From: a virus
Lineage: Duplodnaviria; Caudoviricetes
Reading direction: 5' to 3' (one strand)
Virus record (IMG/VR): IMGVR_UViG_3300033075_000708
Span: 712-64,711 of that record
Length of the DNA: 64,000 nt
Part shown: positions 18,840-27,304 of the stretch, one piece after another
How the letters are laid out: every line of letters starts with the position of its first letter
Position numbering within the stretch: position 1 is the first letter of the stretch
The notes under the pieces: generated by a model
The model's input: only the letters and a program-made list of their open reading frames with translations
Databases searched by the model: none
What the model was told of the DNA's origin: nothing
Program-made: the position numbers and the translations under genes

Positions 18840-20447
18840 TCACTTGTCGTTCTTGCCCTTGCAGACGATGCAGTCGCAGCCAAGGGTCACCACACCGCCG
18901 ACGTTGGACACGGCATGCGGCGGGGCCGGCGGCTCCGAGGACGAGACGCTGCTGGACGACGAGGACGACCCGCTGCTGGGGGACGACCCCAGGTCTGAGC
19001 CGGACGACCCCTGCGGGTAGCCGTAGTCGTACCGGAAGGTGCCAGAGTAAGGCACGTTGCCCCAGTCGATGGTGATCGGGGGCAGTTCCTGCGGGGCCTC
19101 GACCTTGACCTCAGCCGGGGCCGGCGGCGTGATAACGATCTGCTGCGGGATCGACACCGGGGGCGTGAAGTCCACCGGGTTGAACAGCGGTTGGTCGTCC
19201 CACTTCGGGGCCTGGGTCGTCATCGGCAGGGGCTTGCTGAAGTCCCACCCGAAGCTCACCTGCTGGTTCTGAGGCGGCAGGTTGACGTGGAGGTTGGCCC
19301 AGTCCCCGAAGGACAGCATGTTGTCGCTCTGCCGGGGCAGGGGCGGCGTCTTCTTGGGCAGCGGCGGCGGGCCGTTGTCCTTGGGCAGGTTGCTCTGTAC
19401 CGGGAAGTCCGGCACCTGCTTCTGGGTGTTGACCGCCGGGAAGTCGGGCACCTGGGCCGCGTTGAGGTCCAGCTTCGTCGGCTTCGGCGGGGCCACCTCG
19501 ACCTCCTCGGCCCAGGGGATCTCATCGAGGAGTTCGGCCTCGGCCACGACCTCGTCCTCGACCGGCAGCGGGGGTGGCGTCGTGGACCTCTGGCCCATGT
19601 AGATGTCCTGGGAGTCCAGAGGCGGCGTGGACCTTTTCTGCTGCGGGACGTAGGGGTTGTTCAGGCTGGGCCAGGTATCGTTCTTGTTCATCCAGTCCTT
19701 GAACGACTTCTCGGCTTTCTCCCCCTTGACCTCGTTCACCCCCTCGTCCGTGAGGGTGAAGGTGTGCCCCGAGGCGGTCTTGAAGTAGCCGCGAGGGGCG
19801 TGGTCATCGCCCACCTCCTCCAGGGCCGCGAGGAACTCCTCGTCGCAGATGCCCCGGTCGCTGTCATCCTTGACGGGGTAGTTGGCCTCCACGTCGAGGA
19901 TGAAGTCAGCCTCGCTGTCGGCCCCGGTCTGTACCGCCGGTGCCGACGCCGTGTAGGGGTCGTACTCGTAGGCGGCAGTGATCTCCAGTTCGACGGGGGG
20001 GACCAGAGCCAGGTTTTGCCCGCCCCACTTGAGACTCATCCGCCCCGTCGCATGGTCGAGGTAACCCTCCTTGACGAGGTGAACTGCCGCCGGCTTGCGG
20101 CTCAGTTCACGGCACTCTCCGTTCTTGAGGAAGATCAGGCTCTGCACCCGCTTATTGTCCCGGCGGATGTTGACGATGACCGTGCCTGGGCACAGCGGGC
20201 CGCAGGCGAGGGGGTAGTAGTCGGTCCAGTGCCCCGTCAGCACCGCCTCGGCCATCAGGTACTCCTTCTCGACGTACTTGTGGGCGTAGTAGATGTCGAG
20301 TTCGGGGTCGTAGTGGTCGCCGCTGGTTGGGGCGTAGCCGTCCTCGCTCGGGTTGTACTTGGGCGGACCCTCCCATGAGAGCGGGCATTCGTGCTTCTGC
20401 TCGTTCAGGCTGGGGCCGGCGACGAGGTTCTGGAGCCACTTGAACAT
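18840..20447 (-). CDS. Pro-rich, low-complexity hypothetical protein
   Basis: AGGAG SD before MFKWLQ; long ORF with codon usage like its neighbours. Confidence 0.7.
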   Translation of the reverse strand: MFKWLQNLVAGPSLNEQKHECPLSWEGPPKYNPSEDGYAPTSGDHYDPELDIYYAHKYVEKEYLMAEAVLTGHWTDYYPLACGPLCPGTVIVNIRRDNKRVQSLIFLKNGECRELSRKPAAVHLVKEGYLDHATGRMSLKWGGQNLALVPPVELEITAAYEYDPYTASAPAVQTGADSEADFILDVEANYPVKDDSDRGICDEEFLAALEEVGDDHAPRGYFKTASGHTFTLTDEGVNEVKGEKAEKSFKDWMNKNDTWPSLNNPYVPQQKRSTPPLDSQDIYMGQRSTTPPPLPVEDEVVAEAELLDEIPWAEEVEVAPPKPTKLDLNAAQVPDFPAVNTQKQVPDFPVQSNLPKDNGPPPLPKKTPPLPRQSDNMLSFGDWANLHVNLPPQNQQVSFGWDFSKPLPMTTQAPKWDDQPLFNPVDFTPPVSIPQQIVITPPAPAEVKVEAPQELPPITIDWGNVPYSGTFRYDYGYPQGSSGSDLGSSPSSGSSSSSSSVSSSEPPAPPHAVSNVGGVVTLGCDCIVCKGKNDK

Positions 20448-20466
20448 GGGGGACACTCCTTGTGGG

Positions 20467-21075
20467 TTAGGTCTTGGTCGGGAACATGCCTGCCCTGAGC
20501 AGGCGGATGACGTTGAGGGCATCACCCACCGCACGGTGGTCGGTGGTCGCCTCGATGCCGGCCCTCTGGAGGCACTCGTTGGTGTCAGGCACCACCTTGT
20601 CGGTGGGCCGGGCGAAGTAGACCGCCGGGTCCAGCTTGCGGTGGTGGAAGCGGATCTCATGCTCCTTCCACTGCGGGAGCCGGACGATGAACTTCTCATC
20701 GAAGCTGGCGAAGTTCTTGCCGGACACCGTGACCGCCTCAAAGGTGGCACGCTGCATCTTGGCCTTCAGGGGCCAGTTGACCTTCGACAGCCACCTCCAG
20801 AAGAGGCCGGGCAGTTCGTCGTCGTAGACGATCTGCTCGCCAGGCTCCAGGGCGAGGTGGCCCGAGAGCTTCTTCCAGATGTTGACGTGGAGGCCCAGGC
20901 AGTACTCCGACACCCGGTAGATGCCGTCCCTGGGGCGGACGTAGGCGTGGAACCTGGGGAGGTTGTTCACGTCCCTCAGTTCCTCCAGATCGTCCAGCAC
21001 GGCGGCGAACTCGATGATCTGGTGGATCTCAGGCTCCAGGCCCGTCGTCTCGATATCGACTGAGATGTAACGCAA
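20467..21075 (-). CDS. DEDDh 3'-5' exonuclease (DnaQ-like)
   Basis: VDIETTG, GKNFASFD, HRAVGDA; TTG start with GGAGGGG SD. Confidence 0.85.
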   Translation of the reverse strand: MRYISVDIETTGLEPEIHQIIEFAAVLDDLEELRDVNNLPRFHAYVRPRDGIYRVSEYCLGLHVNIWKKLSGHLALEPGEQIVYDDELPGLFWRWLSKVNWPLKAKMQRATFEAVTVSGKNFASFDEKFIVRLPQWKEHEIRFHHRKLDPAVYFARPTDKVVPDTNECLQRAGIEATTDHRAVGDALNVIRLLRAGMFPTKT

Positions 21076-21129
21076 AGCCTTTCCCCTCCGTTCCGTACCT
21101 CTCCATTGCTCTCCATTCCCTGCCACACC
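21075..21129 (-). repeat. Degenerate (GGNNN)11 pentamer tract
   Basis: GGTGT GGCAG GGAAT GGAGA GCAAT GGAGA GGTAC GGAAC GGAGG GGAAA GGCTT. Confidence 0.8.
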
Positions 21130-21395
21130 TACTTGGCCTGCTCCTTGCGGTTCAGGGACTCCAGGGCGGCGACGGCGAGGGCGGCGGTCTTGATCATCCG
21201 CTCGCGGAAGGCACGGCCAGCCGCCCGGCCCTCACCCTGGGAGTACTCCTTGATGTACTTCTCCCAGTCCTGCTCGGTCTGGGTGTCATCGAAGGAGGTG
21301 CCTCCCCACTTGCCGTCCTGATAGGCCCGCTCTTTGTCGATCTCCGCGTAGACCTTCTCGCGGGCCTCGTAGCACAGCTTCTCACCGACTCCCAT
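21129..21395 (-). CDS. MazG-like all-alpha NTP pyrophosphatase-type small protein
   Basis: ERAYQDGKWG...IKTAALAVAALE. Confidence 0.55.
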   Translation of the reverse strand: MGVGEKLCYEAREKVYAEIDKERAYQDGKWGGTSFDDTQTEQDWEKYIKEYSQGEGRAAGRAFRERMIKTAALAVAALESLNRKEQAK

Positions 21396-21430
21396 GTCGC
21401 CCTCACTTGTCGTGGATCAGGTTGAGTGCA

Positions 21431-21480
21431 AAGCCTTTCCTTGCCCATCCGACGCCTTCCTAGCCAGCCCCTTCCATGCC
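21431..21480 (-). repeat. Degenerate (GGNNN)10 pentamer tract inside 12-bp direct repeats (21403-21414, 21485-21496)
   Basis: GGCAT GGAAG GGGCT GGCTA GGAAG GCGTC GGATG GGCAA GGAAA GGCTT; TCACTTGTCGTG occurs twice. Confidence 0.8.
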
Positions 21481-21484
21481 CATT

Positions 21485-22780
21485 TCACTTGTCGTGAACG
21501 ATGGCATACAGGTCTTGGAAGGACTCCGCGAACTGGTCGCGTCTCACCGGCCTGTCCCTGAGGACTCCCAGGAATGTGGCGTCGTTGTACAGGCCGATGG
21601 CCCTCTTCAACTGGGTGATGTTGCAGCCCAGTTCCCTTGCCATCACGGCCTGAGACTTTAGCCGCGACTCGTAGCCTTCGTAAAGGCCAATTACCAGTGC
21701 CGCGTTCTTTTCCCCGTCCAGCCCGTTGACCGCCTTCAGGGCCTCGGCGTAAGCCTTCTGGTCCTTCAGGATCACGGCTGAGAAGTCGGTAGAGAACAGG
21801 TCGGCAAAGCGGTTTGCCGTCTTAGCGTCGGGGAGCTTGAGACTGAAATCCTTGTCTTTGACCAGACGCCTGACCTCGCAGGTGAAGTCCACCGGCCCCT
21901 GGCTGTGGCAGTTCATGCAACTCTTGGGGTTGCGAACGACCTTGTCCAGGCCCGCCGCCTTGGAGTCCAGGGCGATGTCCACGTCCATCGAGTTGAGCGT
22001 CTTGCCCTCCTTATCGAAAACTGCATAGGCGATCAGCCCGTTGGGCAGGTTTCCCAGGGCGGACATCTCGTCGCACTCGGCGTCAAACAGCCTCTTGAGG
22101 AAGTTCTTGCTGCCCACCGAGGTGTTAACGTCCTTGGACTCGTAGTAGTAGCCGATCAGGGACGGAGTTCGGGTGATGCTGCGGTTGTTCAGGGCAAACG
22201 CACTGGTCACCACTACACCGGCCATGTTGGTGCGTGCCTTCGCCGCCGCCTTCTCGTCGGTGAAGGTGACCTCCAAGAAGGAGTCGCGGTCCTTCACGCC
22301 GAGCAACTGGTAGTAAAAGGGTGCGGCGAGTGCCCTGTTGACGAGGTAGTCGGCCCTCACGACAGGGGCGTTCGACAGAGTCTCCTTCATGAGATCCTTG
22401 AGGGGTCCGTCCTTCTTCCCGTTCCTGCGAGTCGAGAAGTACGGGTCGTCCTCCAGCCTGTCGTAGACCTTGGCGTCGATCCCGTAGGCCCCGAGGTTGA
22501 TCCTCAGGAGGGTCTTCTCCTTGTCCACCCACACAGGGACCACCAGCCTCTTGTTGCGGCTGACGGAGTTGACGGTGAAGGCGACGGCCTTGCCGACTCC
22601 GTCACGCTCGTCCTCGGGGAAGTTGTAGGTGGAGACGTAGCGGGTGAGGTTGCGTGACTCCAGGGGGATGCCCTGGATGTCCTTGGCCGCGAGCCTGACC
22701 GAATCGTCGGGGGTGCTGGCGAGTGCGGCCTGACTTAGGACTACCAGAGCCAGTGCGGTGAAAATCGGTTTGCTTGTCAT
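21485..22780 (-). CDS. Secreted protein with a c-type haem-binding CxxCH motif
   Basis: Signal-peptide-like N-terminus; RNPKSCMNCH. Confidence 0.7.
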   Translation of the reverse strand: MTSKPIFTALALVVLSQAALASTPDDSVRLAAKDIQGIPLESRNLTRYVSTYNFPEDERDGVGKAVAFTVNSVSRNKRLVVPVWVDKEKTLLRINLGAYGIDAKVYDRLEDDPYFSTRRNGKKDGPLKDLMKETLSNAPVVRADYLVNRALAAPFYYQLLGVKDRDSFLEVTFTDEKAAAKARTNMAGVVVTSAFALNNRSITRTPSLIGYYYESKDVNTSVGSKNFLKRLFDAECDEMSALGNLPNGLIAYAVFDKEGKTLNSMDVDIALDSKAAGLDKVVRNPKSCMNCHSQGPVDFTCEVRRLVKDKDFSLKLPDAKTANRFADLFSTDFSAVILKDQKAYAEALKAVNGLDGEKNAALVIGLYEGYESRLKSQAVMARELGCNITQLKRAIGLYNDATFLGVLRDRPVRRDQFAESFQDLYAIVHDK

Positions 22781-22987
22781 GGTCTTTGTTCCTCCTTAGG
22801 ATGGTATGTCCACCGGAGGGGACCGGACCACCCCGCCCGCCTAGCGGGTGGGGCTGGCGGCGTCAAGACGGAAAGTTACATGAAGAAAATCATTTCGTGT
22901 AACCGAGATAATTCCTCTTGCGGCGGTTCCATTTCGCGTGGTACATTTCCCCCGGCGGTTGACGAAACCCCAACAGGAGACGACGAG

Positions 22988-23431
22988 ATGATGGAGTACA
23001 TCCAGACCGGCCTCGACTACATCAACATGGTCCCCGGCCCAGCGTGGCTGCTGATCGGTGGTGCCCTCTACGGGGGGTTCAACTACGTCCGCAAGTTCGC
23101 CGGCAAGGGCCAGGCGGACCAGAGGACGAGCCTCTTCACCACGATCAGCAACCTGATCCCGCAGACGGCCATGTGGCAGACGGATGGCGATAACGCCATC
23201 GTCAGCACCGCAGCCGGCGTCCGCATCTGCTTCAACCGCGACTGCGAGCAGATCAAGTACGGCGACAAGGACATCACCAAGACCCTCTACCCCGCCCACG
23301 CCTCCAAGCTGATCAAGCGTGCCCGCCGGCTGCACAGCGACATCACCGAGAACAAGGCCCAGATGGAGGCCGCGAACGTGAACCTCGGCATCCAGCAGAA
23401 GGTGCCCGCCGCCGTCCCCGTCAAGGCGTGA
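22988..23431 (+). CDS. Hypothetical membrane protein
   Basis: CAGGAG SD; hydrophobic segment AWLLIGGALYGG. Confidence 0.65.
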   Translation: MMEYIQTGLDYINMVPGPAWLLIGGALYGGFNYVRKFAGKGQADQRTSLFTTISNLIPQTAMWQTDGDNAIVSTAAGVRICFNRDCEQIKYGDKDITKTLYPAHASKLIKRARRLHSDITENKAQMEAANVNLGIQQKVPAAVPVKA

Positions 23432-23460
23432 ACCACCCTCCCCCTTCCTGCGACCAACGC

Positions 23461-23500
23461 AAGAACCCCGCCGGGTCGGTCCCGGCGGGGTTCTTCGTTT
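23461..23500. terminator. Bidirectional terminator
   Basis: 15-bp inverted repeat AAGAACCCCGCCGGG / CCCGGCGGGGTTCTT. Confidence 0.8.
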
Positions 23501-23711
23501 GGCGATCCTTCCGCCATGTAACTGGAGACATTCGTCGTCGTGCCACTGCTGCGGCACGACGGTCGGCTTCTCACACCGCAGGGGCGGTCGCCCCTCGTTT
23601 CAAGTTGGGAACAAGTAAACAGTCCTTGTCGTCCAGAGGCAGCACGCACGGCAAACGGACCCAACGCGATGCCCGACCTAATCTAGTGCGACCGCACCCG
23701 ATTCGTCATCC

Positions 23712-23900
23712 TCAGGACTTCTTGGACTTCTTCTTCCGCTTCGACTTGTCGTCGTCATCCTCGGACCACGGCGACGGCGGTGCTTCCGGGGCGTCTCTCA
23801 CGCCGATGGGCATGGTGAAGCGGGCCACGGCGTTCGTGCCGGTGCCCACCTCGTCCAGAGACTTCCCGTTCTTCGCCAGCCACTCTTTGAACGTCAGCAT
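23712..23900 (-). CDS. Small protein with N-terminus MLTFKEWL
   Basis: Abuts RNA ligase stop; CTS-like N-terminus. Confidence 0.65.
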   Translation of the reverse strand: MLTFKEWLAKNGKSLDEVGTGTNAVARFTMPIGVRDAPEAPPSPWSEDDDDKSKRKKKSKKS

Positions 23901-25061
23901 TCAATCCTCCAGGGCCATTAGCTCCTGAAGGGTATCTACCGGCCACGTCACCATTTTCTCATGGATGGCGACAGTCGCGTCCTTGTTCCCGAAGCACGCG
24001 AACGCCAGCGACTGGGTCAGTCGCGGCACCCCCGCCGCCTGCATCGACAGGGCCAGGCTCTTCCTTGAGTCGTGCCCCTTGAGCAGTCCCTCGACCGTGA
24101 TCAGGTACTGGTTGAACAGTTCTCCCATTCGCCGGTCGATCTCCGCGAACTTCTCCTTCGTCTCGGGCAGGTAGAGGGTGATCTCGTCCGTCTCGCCCTC
24201 CAGCCACAGCGGGATCAAGTTCTTGTAGAGCATCTGCCCAAGCAGCCGGTGTCGCTTGAGGTAGTCGTCGCTCTTGACCTTCGCCCGACGCCCAGTCGTC
24301 CTCTCCCTAAGGATGAACCCTTCGTAGTCATCGGGGAAGCTGGACAGCATCGCCCGAACCGCTTCCGCGTCCCCCAGGGTCGGCCACCGACGCGGCCTCC
24401 CCGCCCCGAGAAGGACCGCCTCCCGGTCGAGCCGGTCCTCGGACAACTCGCTGAAGTCCTCCAGATTCCGCACCCCGATCAGGTACACCCCCAACTGCTC
24501 CGGGGTATACTTCGTGATCACCGGCCTCTCCCGGTCGATCAACTCAAATACCCAGGTGCAGGAGGTGTGTTCAAGCCGCCAGTTCAGCCTGCTGATGTAC
24601 GACAGGGCATTCCTCAGCAGGGAGAACTCCTCCTCCCCGGAGAAGGCCGTGCTGACCGCGTCCATGTCCGCCGTGGACAGCATCCGCCGCGTGTGGAACA
24701 ACGGCTTGTTCACGTCCGCGTCAGGGAAACTGACCGCCAGAAGTGACCCGTCCAACTTCTCAAGGATGTCGCAGTCGGAGAACACGACCTCCGTCTTGTT
24801 CCCGACCATCTCCTCCCCGAGGTTCCCGAACCGCTTGAACGGCATGGAGACGACCTGTCCGTCCGCGACCCGGATGACCAGACCCCTCGTCAGCATGTTG
24901 TGCGGGTTCTTGGGCAACCCCTGCCGGTAGTTGAGGACCGCGTAGTCACCCTTGACCTTGCAGTCGATAAACATCGCCTCAAGCTCGTCGTGCCGGCGGT
25001 CGCGGACCATCAGGCACAGTTCGGACAGACACGTCTTGTCTTCGGACGGGAAGATCAGCAT
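23901..25061 (-). CDS. T4 Rnl1-like RNA ligase
   Basis: MPFKRFGNLGE, EKLDGSL (motif I), FELI, EGFIL (motif IV), KVKSDDY (motif V). Confidence 0.88.
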   Translation of the reverse strand: MLIFPSEDKTCLSELCLMVRDRRHDELEAMFIDCKVKGDYAVLNYRQGLPKNPHNMLTRGLVIRVADGQVVSMPFKRFGNLGEEMVGNKTEVVFSDCDILEKLDGSLLAVSFPDADVNKPLFHTRRMLSTADMDAVSTAFSGEEEFSLLRNALSYISRLNWRLEHTSCTWVFELIDRERPVITKYTPEQLGVYLIGVRNLEDFSELSEDRLDREAVLLGAGRPRRWPTLGDAEAVRAMLSSFPDDYEGFILRERTTGRRAKVKSDDYLKRHRLLGQMLYKNLIPLWLEGETDEITLYLPETKEKFAEIDRRMGELFNQYLITVEGLLKGHDSRKSLALSMQAAGVPRLTQSLAFACFGNKDATVAIHEKMVTWPVDTLQELMALED

Positions 25062-25090
25062 CTCAGGCTCCTGGGTGAGGGAAACACCAT

Positions 25091-25120
25091 CATCTTAGGG
25101 TGTTAAGCCTAAGATGTCAA
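25091..25120 (-). promoter_or_regulatory. Sigma70-type promoter overlapped by a 9-bp inverted repeat
   Basis: TTGACA-N17-TAAGAT; CATCTTAGG-N8-CCTAAGATG. Confidence 0.8.
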
Positions 25121-25126
25121 GCCTGA

Positions 25127-25603
25127 TTACATCATGCCGGGCATCGGCGGGCCACCCATGCCTGGGGGTCCGCCCGCACCGCCGCCCGCAGGCGGCTGGA
25201 GCGGCCTCTGGAGCAGTTCGGCCAGCCACTGCATGGTCACAGGCACCCAGCCGGTGATCGGCTTGCCCATGTAGTTCTGGCCGTCCTTGACGGCCACCTG
25301 ATTGAGGCTGGGACTGTTCAACTCCTCGGACGGGATGAAGCGGACCTGCACAACCTTGGCGTTCGGCTCGATGGGCTTCTTGAGTTCGATGGTGGCCTGG
25401 TTGTACTGCACGCCCCGGATCGTGATCGGGCCTGTGGGTATGATGTCCGGCAGGTCGTCGGGGTTCACCCCCAGCACCCTTTTCATGGCATCGATGTGGT
25501 TCTCGGGGTTCTTGGCGTTCTTCGTGTCCTTGCCGCTGCCGCCGTCAAGACTGCGTGTCTTGGCCTCAAAGAACGACCGGAACCCTGCAAGACTTGGCTT
25601 CAT
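25127..25603 (-). CDS. Hypothetical protein, N-terminus ...FRSFFE, Pro/Gly tail
   Basis: CTAACTAA + 3 nt + ATG. Confidence 0.7.
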   Translation of the reverse strand: MKPSLAGFRSFFEAKTRSLDGGSGKDTKNAKNPENHIDAMKRVLGVNPDDLPDIIPTGPITIRGVQYNQATIELKKPIEPNAKVVQVRFIPSEELNSPSLNQVAVKDGQNYMGKPITGWVPVTMQWLAELLQRPLQPPAGGGAGGPPGMGGPPMPGMM

Positions 25604-26118
25604 ACCTTAGTTAGGCCCACGCGGTGGTATTCGTCCAGCCTCGGGGCGATCATTTCCCTGCCTATCCTCATCCACTCGTCGTGCGTGAAGAAGTGACACT
25701 TGCCGTGGTTGCACCTGAAGCAGGCCAGACAGATGTTGTCGAGATGGTAGCCCCGACCGTTGTTCTTCCTGTCAACGCTCAACACCTTCTTCTTCGGATC
25801 TCCATCCAGGGCTGCCAGATACTCCTCTGTCGCCAAGCAGTAGGTGCATTCCTTTTTCTGCTGGTCATGCCAGACTTCAAAATCTTCCTTGGTCAGCGAG
25901 AAGTCTATCTTTCTCTGCTTGGCACAACCCTTCAGCCGGGAGAACTTAGAAGCCTTGGTCTGGGTGGCCTTCTTGGCACAGTCGGGGCACCACATCTTGC
26001 CGCCGCTGTCTTTCTTGCAGCGGATGCACTTACCCTTGGCTCGCAACTTCCGGCGTCTGATCCGCGTAAGGCGGTTGCAGGCTGCCCGTCGCTCTTCGGT
26101 TGAGTGGTACTTCGTCAT
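25600..26118 (-). CDS. HNH (endonuclease VII-like) homing endonuclease
   Basis: CTYC...SVDRKNNGRGYHLDNICLACFRCN. Confidence 0.8.
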   Translation of the reverse strand: MTKYHSTEERRAACNRLTRIRRRKLRAKGKCIRCKKDSGGKMWCPDCAKKATQTKASKFSRLKGCAKQRKIDFSLTKEDFEVWHDQQKKECTYCLATEEYLAALDGDPKKKVLSVDRKNNGRGYHLDNICLACFRCNHGKCHFFTHDEWMRIGREMIAPRLDEYHRVGLTKV

Positions 26119-26147
26119 TTTTGGCCTCTTCTCCGCTACCTAATCAT

Positions 26148-26594
26148 ATGCGAGAGAAAGACGTATCGTTTTGCCCCTTCAGGCACTGGATCGACCTGTG
26201 GGACGAGGCTACCGCCGACGAGGAGAAGCGTGCTAAGATCAAGAACCTGATCGACGGTCAGGATCTCATGCTGTTCTTCCAGCACAAGGGCAACGTCTAC
26301 GGTGCCCCTGAGGAGAGCCGCATCGTCTTCGCCAAGATGAAGCACCCCGACGAGGATGTGGACGAGGACTGGATCGAGGACGCCAGCTTCACCGCCGTTA
26401 ACCTCAGCCGTGCCCTCCTGGGCGAGCGGGTCGAGAGCGTGTTCACATCCAAGGATCTGGACGACATCGGCGTCATGAGCGACGAGGCCGCTGAGGAGCG
26501 TCTGCTGAAAGGCGACTCCAAGGGCAAGACGCCCAAGGCCATGAGGCATGGCAAGGAAGGTGCCCACAAGATCAAGCTGAGGGACAGGTCGTGA
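26148..26594 (+). CDS. Hypothetical protein
   Basis: CTACCTAA + 4 nt + ATG. Confidence 0.7.
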   Translation: MREKDVSFCPFRHWIDLWDEATADEEKRAKIKNLIDGQDLMLFFQHKGNVYGAPEESRIVFAKMKHPDEDVDEDWIEDASFTAVNLSRALLGERVESVFTSKDLDDIGVMSDEAAEERLLKGDSKGKTPKAMRHGKEGAHKIKLRDRS

Positions 26595-27304
26595 CACTGC
26601 CGTTCGCGGAGAAACCGGACAAGGGGGCACGCCGCTGGCAGTGCTTCGTCTGTGGGGTCGCCCACAACGACTACGAGTCCTGCCGTGCCCACATCATCGA
26701 CAAGCATGAACAAGGGCGTGATTACGTCCTATGCCCGCTGCCCCGGTGCGGTGCGGCTGTCCGTGACATCAAGCTCCATTTCAAGGCCAAGCACCCGACC
26801 GAGAAGCTGACCAGTACCGCCGGTCAGCCCACCAAGGCCCTGATCTGGCGTGACATCAGCCCCACCGGCAAGAAGAAGACGAGGAAGCCCCGCTTCCGCC
26901 AGGGATGCCACATCTCGGTCAAAAACCACGGCAAGGAGTTCTACTACCGCTCGGGCTGGGAGTGTGAGGTCTACGAGTGCCTGGAGGCGTTCAACGAAGT
27001 CCTCGCCTACGAGGCCGAGCCGTTCAAGGACGGCATCCCCTACCTGTTTGAGGGGCAGATGCACAAGTATCACCCGGACCTGGCAATCCGCTTCGATGAC
27101 GGCCACGTCGAAATCTGGGAGATCAAGCCCTCCGACCAGACCCAGCTTCCCGTCAACATCGCCAAGTGGGATGCAGCCGACAAATGGTGCAAGGCCCGAG
27201 GCTGGGACTTCGTCCCCGTCACCGAGGTCGTCATCAACAAGCTGAAAGCCCGCGTCCGCCGCCTCAAGGCAGATCAGGCCCCTGAAGAGCAACTCAACGA
27301 CTAA
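26591..27304 (+). CDS. TnsA-N / T4 gp4 head-completion-type PD-(D/E)XK nuclease with two C2H2 zinc fingers
   Basis: YRSGWE, YHPDL, EIKP, KWDAA..WC...GW.F; CFVC..H...H and CPLPRC..H...H. Confidence 0.8.
   Translation: MTLPFAEKPDKGARRWQCFVCGVAHNDYESCRAHIIDKHEQGRDYVLCPLPRCGAAVRDIKLHFKAKHPTEKLTSTAGQPTKALIWRDISPTGKKKTRKPRFRQGCHISVKNHGKEFYYRSGWECEVYECLEAFNEVLAYEAEPFKDGIPYLFEGQMHKYHPDLAIRFDDGHVEIWEIKPSDQTQLPVNIAKWDAADKWCKARGWDFVPVTEVVINKLKARVRRLKADQAPEEQLND

Noticed and set aside
26591-27304. TnsA-like gene plus Cas12 read as a CRISPR-associated transposon
   Set aside because: No TnsB, TnsC or TniQ, 34 kb apart, and the RuvC triad is intact; T4-like phages normally carry a gp4-type nuclease
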